Shown: piece after piece, positions 33,781 through 40,000 of the stretch
Numbering within the stretch: position 1 is the first letter of the stretch
Layout: every line of letters starts with the position of its first letter
Assembly: GCF_900215145.1 (NCBI RefSeq)
Contig: NZ_OBDO01000003.1
Location: 239,305-279,304, forward strand
Source: Geodermatophilus sabuli
GTDB lineage: Bacteria > Actinomycetota > Actinomycetes > Mycobacteriales > Geodermatophilaceae
Direction of reading: 5' to 3'
DNA: 40,000 nucleotides
Translations under genes and position numbers: made by a program
The notes under the pieces: model-generated
Databases searched by the model: none
What the model was told of the DNA's origin: nothing
What the model saw: only the letters and a program-made list of their open reading frames with translations

Positions 33781-35345
33781 CGCTCGAACCCTCCCGGGGC
33801 GCCCCACGCGATGGGACGGCCGCTGATGTCGACGTAGACGGACTTCTGGTGCATGTACGAGCGGATCCCGTCGCGGCCCTTCTCCAGGCCGATGCCGCTC
33901 TCCTTGAGCCCGGTGAACGGGGTCGAGATGCTGAACTGCTTGTAGGTGTTCACCCAGACCGTCCCGGCCTTGACGGCGCGGGCGATCCGCCAGGCGCGGG
34001 GGAAGTCGCGGGTCCAGATACCGGCGGCGAGGCCGTAGACGGTGTCGTTGGCCCGGGCGACCAGGTCGTCCTCGTCGTCGAAGGTCAGCAGCACCGCGAC
34101 CGGACCGAAGACCTCCTCCTGGCAGATCCGGTCCTCGTTGACGACGCCGGTGAGGATGGTCGGCAGGTAGTACGCCCCGTCGGCCAGGCTCTCGTCCTCA
34201 GGGGCCCGGCCGCCGGTGAGGACGGTGGCGCCGGCGGCGACGGCCGCGTCGACCATCCGGGCCACGCCGTCCCGGTGGGAATGCGTGATCATCGGCCCGA
34301 CGTGCGTGCGGGGGTCGTCCCCGGGGCCGACCACGAGGCGCTGGGTGGCGGCGACGAGCCGGGCCACGAACTCCTCCTCGACATCCCGGTGCACGAACAC
34401 CCGGGAGCCGGCGATGCAGCTCTGGCCGGTCGAGGAGAAGATCCCGTAGACCACCCCGGCCACGGCCTGGTCGAGGTCGGCGTCGGGGAAGACGATCGTG
34501 GGCGACTTGCCCCCGAGTTCGAGGGTGACCGGCATGACCTTGCGAGCTGCCACCTCGCCGAGGTGCTTGCCGGTGGTCGTGCCGCCGGTGAAGCTGATCT
34601 TGCCGATCTCGGGGTGGGCCACCAGCGCCTCCCCCACGGTGCGGCCGGGGCCGGGGAGCACCGACAGCAGGCCGGCGGGCAGTCCGGCCTCCTCCGCGAG
34701 GCGGGCCAGGTGCAGCGTCACCCAGGGCGCCCAGACGGGCGGCTTGGAGACGACGGCGTTGCCGGCGGCCAGCGCGGGGGCGATCTTCTGGGCGTCGCTG
34801 GCGATCGGGGAGTTCCAGGGGGTGATCGCGCCGACGACTCCCATCGGCTCCCAGGTGGCGAGTGTCAGGTACGGGCCGCGGGAGGGGGTGACGTCGCCGA
34901 CCATCGTCTCCAGCGCCGACGCCATGTAACGGAAGGTGTTGGCCGCGCTCAGGCACAGCGCCTTCGTCTCGCTGCGGGTCTTGCCCGTGTCGAGCGTCTG
35001 GAGCGCGGAGACGGTGTCGGCATCGCGCTCCAGCGCCTCGCCGATGCGGTACAGGACGCGGGCTCGCTCGTGCGGCAGCATCGCCGTCCACCCCGACTCG
35101 GCGGCGGCCTGCAACCCGCCGCGGACCGCGCGGTCGACGTCGCCGACCGTGGCGCCGTGGAGCGTGGCGAAGACCTTGCCGGTGGCCGGGTCGACCGACT
35201 CGATCAGGTCGCCACTCCCCCGCTGCCAGCGACCAGCCACGGGGATCTCGTCCCGGAGCGACGCCTGCAGGTCCGTCTGGGAGCAGGACCGCGTGGTGGC
35301 GGCAGCGTTGGGCAGGTCCCGCCGGAGTTCCAGCCGGTCGGTCAT
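33777..35345 (-). CDS. NAD(P)-dependent aldehyde dehydrogenase
   Basis: The start MTDRLEL at 35345 is preceded by a GAGGAGA SD; the track ORF starts at 35381. The product carries ELGGKSP and FSSTGQSCIAGSR (catalytic Cys). Confidence 0.85.
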   Translation of the reverse strand: MTDRLELRRDLPNAAATTRSCSQTDLQASLRDEIPVAGRWQRGSGDLIESVDPATGKVFATLHGATVGDVDRAVRGGLQAAAESGWTAMLPHERARVLYRIGEALERDADTVSALQTLDTGKTRSETKALCLSAANTFRYMASALETMVGDVTPSRGPYLTLATWEPMGVVGAITPWNSPIASDAQKIAPALAAGNAVVSKPPVWAPWVTLHLARLAEEAGLPAGLLSVLPGPGRTVGEALVAHPEIGKISFTGGTTTGKHLGEVAARKVMPVTLELGGKSPTIVFPDADLDQAVAGVVYGIFSSTGQSCIAGSRVFVHRDVEEEFVARLVAATQRLVVGPGDDPRTHVGPMITHSHRDGVARMVDAAVAAGATVLTGGRAPEDESLADGAYYLPTILTGVVNEDRICQEEVFGPVAVLLTFDDEDDLVARANDTVYGLAAGIWTRDFPRAWRIARAVKAGTVWVNTYKQFSISTPFTGLKESGIGLEKGRDGIRSYMHQKSVYVDISGRPIAWGAPGGFER

Positions 35346-35367
35346 GGTGTCTCCTCTGCTGGCGTTC

Positions 35368-35399
35368 ATCTGAGTACTCATCTTCTTAGCGCTCAGATG
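35368..35399. promoter_or_regulatory. nested palindromes upstream of the aldehyde dehydrogenase operon
   Basis: CATCTGAG (35368-35375) pairs with CTCAGATG (35392-35399) as an inverted repeat. It encloses the perfect 10-bp palindrome TGAGTACTCA (35371-35380). It lies in the only AT-rich gap (35346-35455) of the long minus-strand gene array. Confidence 0.35.
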
Positions 35400-35455
35400 T
35401 CTCTTTGAATGTAGGTGTGGCCCCCGACACGGTCAAGGGGTGGGACCGGACGACT

Positions 35456-36331
35456 TCAGGCGATGAGCGGAGGCCGGGCGGTCAGCCCGCTGAGCGTGCG
35501 CAGGATCGAGTAGGGCACCACCGCGCTGGTGCGCGGGTTGTCCGGGCTCGGGCGGTTCTGGACCTCGAAGACGTAGGAGCCCTGCGGTCCCGACGCCTCG
35601 ATGCGGTGGGTGGTGAGATCGGCCGCGGGATCGGCGTGCAGCTCCACGCGGACGACGTCGGGATCGCCGACGGCGAGCGAGAGGGCAGCGGCCACGTTCA
35701 GCGACTGGGGGAACAGACGGGCCGCCTCGGCCGGGGGGCCGGCGAAGACGAGCACGTCCTCCCCCGCCCCCCGGACCCGGCGCGCCTCCTGCTCGTCCAT
35801 CCAGGGCTGGATGAGGGCGATCGGCTTCTTGGTGGTCCGCAGGACCGCCCGGTCCAGGCCGCCCACGGCGGCCGCGGACGCGAGCAGATCGAGCCCGCCC
35901 AGCGCCCCGTGGGTACAGCGCAGGCGGCCGGGCCCCAGCGTGTCCAGCCGGCCGGCCAGCCGCGGGTGCAGCAGACCCGCGACGGAGCTCACGACCAGGT
36001 CGAGGCCCGCGGAGAGCACCGGCTGGATCGCCTCGAGCAGGGCGGCCGAGCCGGCGCACTCCACGACGACGTCGGCGATCTCGATGGCCTCCGTCAGGGA
36101 CAGCTGCGGCACGGGCGGGTCCGGCACGGGCGAACGGTTGACGACGCACACCAGGGTGGCGCCGTGCACCGCTCCCGCGAGGAGTTCTCGGGCCACGACC
36201 CTGCCGATGGCCCCGTAGCCCAGTACGGCCACCCGGGGCCCGGCCCCCGGACCACCGGCGCGGGGGCCGGGGTGCGCGGAGCCGGCCGGACCGGGGATCC
36301 CGGCCAGGTCATCGGCAGGGGTGTGCGTCAT
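35456..36331 (-). CDS. aspartate-dehydrogenase-domain (NadX/DUF108-like) NAD(P) oxidoreductase
   Basis: The product carries ..RVAVLGYGAIGRVVAREL.. (Rossmann), ..VVECAGSAAL.. and ..LNVAAALSLA..V.L.ADP.., typical of the AspDH family. The Gly/Pro-rich N-terminal 30 aa make the exact start uncertain. Confidence 0.7.
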   Translation of the reverse strand: MTHTPADDLAGIPGPAGSAHPGPRAGGPGAGPRVAVLGYGAIGRVVARELLAGAVHGATLVCVVNRSPVPDPPVPQLSLTEAIEIADVVVECAGSAALLEAIQPVLSAGLDLVVSSVAGLLHPRLAGRLDTLGPGRLRCTHGALGGLDLLASAAAVGGLDRAVLRTTKKPIALIQPWMDEQEARRVRGAGEDVLVFAGPPAEAARLFPQSLNVAAALSLAVGDPDVVRVELHADPAADLTTHRIEASGPQGSYVFEVQNRPSPDNPRTSAVVPYSILRTLSGLTARPPLIA

Positions 36332-36339
36332 CCGGTCGC

Positions 36340-37329
36340 TCAGCCCTCTGGGACGTACGTGAACTCGGCCGGGTCGTAGCCCTCCTCGAGCAGCTCCTGC
36401 TCGACGAGGACGTCGACGACCCGCTGGATCTCGTCCACGTCGGTCTCGGGCAGGAAGTCCGGCAGCGCCATGTTCTGCGCGACGTCCTCGGGCAGCTTGG
36501 CGATGCTCGGCAGCCAGGCGCGGAACTCACCCTCGTTGGCCTCGATGTCCTGGCCGGCGGCGTACATCGCCCGGGCGAACGCAGCGACCGTGTTCGGGTT
36601 CTCCTGGATGTACTGGTCGCTGGCGATGAAGTTCGAGACCGCGAGCCCGACGTTCGGCCCCGCCGGGTCGGTCAGGTCGACGACCTCCCGCATCCCAGCG
36701 GCGAGGGCGGCCGAGGAGAAGGGCTCCGGCGAGTAGCCGGCGTCGATCGACCCGGCCTCGACACCAGCGGCCATCTCGGGGAAGGGCACCTCGACGAAGG
36801 TGGGCTCGACGTCCTCCAGGCCCTCCGAGTTGAGGAGGTTCCGCAGGGTGACGTCACCGATGTTGTTGGTGGCGTTGATGCCGACCGTCGCGCCGTCGAG
36901 GTCCTCCAGGGTCTGGATCGGCGAGTCGGGCTTGACGTAGACCGACAGGCCGCCCGGCCCCAGGGCGCTGGTGAGCACGACCGTCTTGATCGGCAGTCCC
37001 CGCTGCGTGGCGATCGACGTCGAGATGGTGTTGGAGAAGCTCACGTCCAGCTCACCGGCGGCCACGCTCTGGGCGGCCTGCGGGCCACCCTGCACCGGTT
37101 CGAGGGTCACCGTGAGCCCCTCCTTCTCGAAGAAGCCCTTCTCCTGCGCCCAGTACAGGGCGGAGTAGTCGGCCAGCGGCAGTGCACCGACGGTGATCTC
37201 GGTGGTCTCGAGCCCCCCGTCCGCCGAGCCGCCGCTGCCGCCGGCAGCGCTGTCGTCGTCCGAGCCGCACGCGGCCAGACCCAGCACGGCGAGCGCCGTC
37301 GCACCCGCGATCGCACCACGAAGTTTCAT
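36340..37329 (-). CDS. ABC transporter substrate-binding lipoprotein (NMT1/THI5-SsuA/TauA-like, NitT/TauT family)
   Basis: A GGAGG SD is present. The lipobox is ..LAVLGLAAC. The body is NMT1-like (..ITVGALPLADYSALYWAQEKGFFEKEGL..). Confidence 0.85.
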   Translation of the reverse strand: MKLRGAIAGATALAVLGLAACGSDDDSAAGGSGGSADGGLETTEITVGALPLADYSALYWAQEKGFFEKEGLTVTLEPVQGGPQAAQSVAAGELDVSFSNTISTSIATQRGLPIKTVVLTSALGPGGLSVYVKPDSPIQTLEDLDGATVGINATNNIGDVTLRNLLNSEGLEDVEPTFVEVPFPEMAAGVEAGSIDAGYSPEPFSSAALAAGMREVVDLTDPAGPNVGLAVSNFIASDQYIQENPNTVAAFARAMYAAGQDIEANEGEFRAWLPSIAKLPEDVAQNMALPDFLPETDVDEIQRVVDVLVEQELLEEGYDPAEFTYVPEG

Positions 37330-37435
37330 GTCGTTACCTCCGGAGTCAGAAATTGAGCAGTGAGCGGTTCGAGCGCGCGACCGGGACGGACCCGCACCGT
37401 CCGTGGGCGGACTCGGCTGGTCCCCCGGCTGCGGA

Positions 37436-38233
37436 TCAGGCGGTGGCCGCCGGCTCCTTGCTCCGGAGCAGCCGGGTGACGTGGCTGCGGATCTCCACGA
37501 ACCGCTGGTCGGTCTTGGTGGCGATGTGATCCCGGGGCCGCGGAAGGTCCACGTCGATGACCTCGGCGACGACGCTGGGCGGCGAGGACAGCACGATGAT
37601 CCGATCGGCCAGGTAGACGCTCTCGTCGATGTCGTGCGTGACCACCAGGACGGTGATGCCGAGCTCGGCCTGGATCCGCATGAGCAGGTCCTCGAGGTCG
37701 GCACGGGTCTGCGCGTCGACCGAGGCGTAGGGCTCGTCCATCAGGAGCAGCTTGGGATGGGAGGCCAGCGCACGCGCGATGGCGACGCGCTGCTGCATGC
37801 CGCCCGACATCTGCCAGGGGTAGAGCTTCTCCTTGTGGGTGAGCCCGACCTCCTCGATCGCGAAGCGCACCCGCTCCGCCCGCTCCTTCGCGGGCAGGTG
37901 CTTGATCGGGAACTCCACGTTCTTGTCCACGCGCATCCACGGGTAGAGCGACCGCGAGTAGTCCTGGAAGACCATCGCCAGCCCCTCGGGCACCCCGTCG
38001 ACGGGGTCGCCCTCGAACCGGACCTGTCCCGAGGTGGGGTTGTCCAGCCCGGAGATGATCCGCAGCAGGGTCGACTTGCCACAGCCGGACGGGCCGACGA
38101 TGACGCTGATCTTGGAGGCGGGCACCTCGGCGCTGATGCTGCGCACCGCGAGGTTGTCCCCGTAGCTCTTGGAGACTGCGTCGAGCAGGAGCTCGGCGCT
38201 CGTACCGGCCGTAGCCGCGCTGGTCTCAGTCAT
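37436..38233 (-). CDS. ABC transporter ATP-binding protein (NitT/TauT family)
   Basis: The product carries Walker A GPSGCGKST, signature MSGGMQQRV and Walker B LLLMDEP. An 8-nt overlap links it to the upstream permease. Confidence 0.9.
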   Translation of the reverse strand: MTETSAATAGTSAELLLDAVSKSYGDNLAVRSISAEVPASKISVIVGPSGCGKSTLLRIISGLDNPTSGQVRFEGDPVDGVPEGLAMVFQDYSRSLYPWMRVDKNVEFPIKHLPAKERAERVRFAIEEVGLTHKEKLYPWQMSGGMQQRVAIARALASHPKLLLMDEPYASVDAQTRADLEDLLMRIQAELGITVLVVTHDIDESVYLADRIIVLSSPPSVVAEVIDVDLPRPRDHIATKTDQRFVEIRSHVTRLLRSKEPAATA

Positions 38234-39143
38234 TCTGCTGGGTCGCTCCTCGGTGCCAGGCGAGCGCGCGTCGCTCGACGAACTTGAAGATGAGGTTGAA
38301 GGCCACGCCGAGGATCACCAGCACGATCAGCACGGACCAGAAGCCGGCGTAGTCGAAGTTCCGCTGTGACTGGATCAGCTGGTAGCCCAGGCCGTTCTCG
38401 GACTTCTGCAGCTCCGAGATGATCATGAGGATGAGGGACAGGGACAGGGACGTCCGGATCCCGGCGAAGATCTTCGGTGCGGCGCCGGGCAGGACGATGT
38501 GGAACAGCACGTCCCTGCCGGGGATGCGGAAGACCTGCGCCGCTTGCGCACGCACCTGACCGATCGAGCTGACGCCGTCGATCGTGTTGAGCAGGATCGG
38601 CCACACGATGCTGAAGGCGATCAGGAAGATCTTCGGCAAGTCGCCCGTGCCGAACATGAAGAAGAAGACGCCGAGCAGCGCCGGTGACGGCAGGGAGCGC
38701 CCGAGGTGGACCATCGGCTGGAACAGCCCGGTGAGCACCGGCGAGATGCCCAGGACGATCCCGACGACGACCCCGACGACGATGGCGATCGCCAGGCCGG
38801 CCAGAGCCCGGCCCACGCTGGGGAACAGGTGGTCGTAGGTCGCGTCGCCGAGGAAGAAGCGCGAGGGGTCGGCGGACAGGAAGTCGGTGACGAAGCGGTC
38901 GAACGCCGTGAGCGGGTCGACGACGTACAGACCCATCCGCTGCGAGGTCGACACCAGCCACCAGACGAGCAGGATGGCCGCGGGCACCACCAGCCGCAGG
39001 GCGACCTTGACCGGCCAGGAGAGGCCGGCCCGCTCCCGGCGGGTCGACGGGGCCGGCTGAGCGTCGCGCTCCTCGACCGCCTCGGACTCGGGGGCGCTGA
39101 GCGGGACGTGCGGCTGATCGGTGCTGTGCTGCTGGGTCGTCAC
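38226..39143 (-). CDS. ABC transporter permease (BPD_transp_1 type)
   Basis: A GTG start at 39143 forms a GTGA overlap with the upstream permease stop. The 305-aa product has multiple TM segments and an EAA-like loop region (..AAQVFRIPGRDVLFHIVLPGAAP..). Confidence 0.85.
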   Translation of the reverse strand: MTTQQHSTDQPHVPLSAPESEAVEERDAQPAPSTRRERAGLSWPVKVALRLVVPAAILLVWWLVSTSQRMGLYVVDPLTAFDRFVTDFLSADPSRFFLGDATYDHLFPSVGRALAGLAIAIVVGVVVGIVLGISPVLTGLFQPMVHLGRSLPSPALLGVFFFMFGTGDLPKIFLIAFSIVWPILLNTIDGVSSIGQVRAQAAQVFRIPGRDVLFHIVLPGAAPKIFAGIRTSLSLSLILMIISELQKSENGLGYQLIQSQRNFDYAGFWSVLIVLVILGVAFNLIFKFVERRALAWHRGATQQND

Positions 39144-39931
39144 TGGGCCAGCCCCTTCTTCCAGCCGAACACGACGTCGTCGAGCTTGGCCATCACGAGG
39201 TTGACCAGGACTCCGAGCAGGCCGGCCACCAGCGTGGCGGCATAGACGAGGTCGAGGTTGGTGGCGTTGGCGCTGTTCTCGAGGATGTAGCCGCCGATGC
39301 CGTTCCCGCCCCCGATCAGCAGCTCGGCGCTGACGGCGACCAGCAGGCCGATCGAGGCAGCGATCCGCACCCCCGTGAAGGCGAACGGCAGAGCGCTGGG
39401 GATCTTGACCTTGCGCAGCACCGCCAGCTCGCCGTTGCCGAAGGTCTTGGCGGTCATCACCGCTGTGGTGTCGGTGGCCCGGACGCCGTACATCGTGTTG
39501 AGCAGGATGGGCCAGACGCAGGACAGCGCCACGGTGAGGGACAGCGGCAACATCCCCTGGCCGATGAGCAGCACCAGGATCGGCCCGACAGCGACCGAAG
39601 GCAGGACGCGGAACGCCTCCACCGGCCACTCGAGGGCGAGGAAGACGCTGCTGAAGGCACCCATCAGGCCGCCGACCAGCACGCCGGCGACGGTGGCGAT
39701 CACCAGCCCGAGCATCCACTCGCCCAGAGTGAAGAGGACCTGGTCCCAGAAGGTGCCGTCCGGCACCAGGTCGGCGACTCCGGCGATGACGCCACTGGGG
39801 AGCGGCAGGCCAGGCACGTCGAGGAGGCCCGACCGGATGACCCCCTCCCAGACTGCCGCGGCGCCGACCGTACCGACGATGCCGAGGACCGCCTGCGATC
39901 GACCGCTGAGCGGCTCGTGCAGGAGTTTCAC
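39140..39931 (-). CDS. ABC transporter permease (BPD_transp_1 type)
   Basis: A GTG at 39931 is preceded by an AGGAGGGAGA SD; the track ORF starts at 39985. The product is a paralog of the neighbouring permease (..MTAKTFGNGELAVLRKVKIPSALP..). Confidence 0.85.
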   Translation of the reverse strand: MKLLHEPLSGRSQAVLGIVGTVGAAAVWEGVIRSGLLDVPGLPLPSGVIAGVADLVPDGTFWDQVLFTLGEWMLGLVIATVAGVLVGGLMGAFSSVFLALEWPVEAFRVLPSVAVGPILVLLIGQGMLPLSLTVALSCVWPILLNTMYGVRATDTTAVMTAKTFGNGELAVLRKVKIPSALPFAFTGVRIAASIGLLVAVSAELLIGGGNGIGGYILENSANATNLDLVYAATLVAGLLGVLVNLVMAKLDDVVFGWKKGLAQ

Positions 39932-40000
39932 CCGGGTTCTCCCTCCTGGTGGTGGTGGTGCGCGCCACAGTGGTGTGGGCCACATCCGTGGAGAGATAGT

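Noticed and set aside
33765-35408. 547-aa plus-strand ORF antisense to the aldehyde dehydrogenase
   Set aside because: This is a shadow ORF. The minus-strand ALDH has catalytic motifs, an SD and coupling to RidA.
1-40000. Search by eye for CRISPR arrays, tandem repeats, tRNA/rRNA/tmRNA genes, retron-like or defence-type gene pairs, and toxin-antitoxin modules
   Set aside because: I saw no periodic repeat-spacer structure, no cloverleaf-like GC-balanced 70-90-nt segment in the intergenic gaps, and no nuclease, ATPase, reverse-transcriptase or small-toxin ORFs. A covariance-model scan would still be needed to exclude small RNAs.

Overview
High-GC (about 70% by eye) actinobacterial-type chromosomal DNA, densely coding and mostly on the minus strand. 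I found no rRNA, tRNA or CRISPR array. Gene starts were refined by hand from the ORF track using SD-like motifs and ATGA/GTGA stop-start overlaps.

The window has four parts.

(1) 1-17.7 kb holds accessory redox and lipid-type metabolism. It includes an MmgE/PrpD-like protein and a thiolase-like + DUF35 pair. It also has an operon of FprB-like ferredoxin/FNR fusion, molybdopterin oxidoreductase, F420-type LLM oxidoreductase and MFS transporter. Further genes are a quinone reductase, a MaoC hydratase, a serine hydrolase, an F420/NADP reductase-like protein, a DHA2 MFS pump and a DszA/NtaA-type monooxygenase with a divergent TetR.

(2) 17.7-23.2 kb is a decayed integrative-element scar. It has a frameshifted, C-terminally degraded tyrosine recombinase and two diverged copies of a small integrase-adjacent gene whose 3' ends form a ~140-bp direct repeat. 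That repeat brackets an FAD-monooxygenase/TetR cassette. A frameshifted Zn-ribbon gene and about 1.5 kb with no convincing CDS are also present.

(3) 23.2-35.4 kb is a MarR gene followed by a 14-gene minus-strand operon. It mixes a one-component Rieske oxygenase, a PDR-type reductase, an extradiol dioxygenase, a meta-cleavage-type hydrolase, an aldehyde dehydrogenase translationally coupled to a RidA, a second RidA, a cupin, a ThDP enzyme, two SDRs (one with the catalytic residues substituted), a nucleophile-less alpha/beta-fold protein and two tiny uncharacterised ORFs.

(4) 35.4-39.9 kb lies upstream on the same strand. It holds an aspartate-dehydrogenase-like gene and a NitT/TauT-type ABC importer.

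The best candidate for something undescribed is the hybrid catabolic locus at 23.9-39.9 kb, which looks like amino-aromatic or N-heterocycle degradation with pseudo-enzyme and small-protein accessories. Second is a ~45-bp promoter/operator module shared by two otherwise unrelated operons (9.6 kb and 13.2 kb). I saw no defence system, toxin-antitoxin pair or structured-RNA candidate that I can support. All family assignments come from motif recognition by eye, not from searches.
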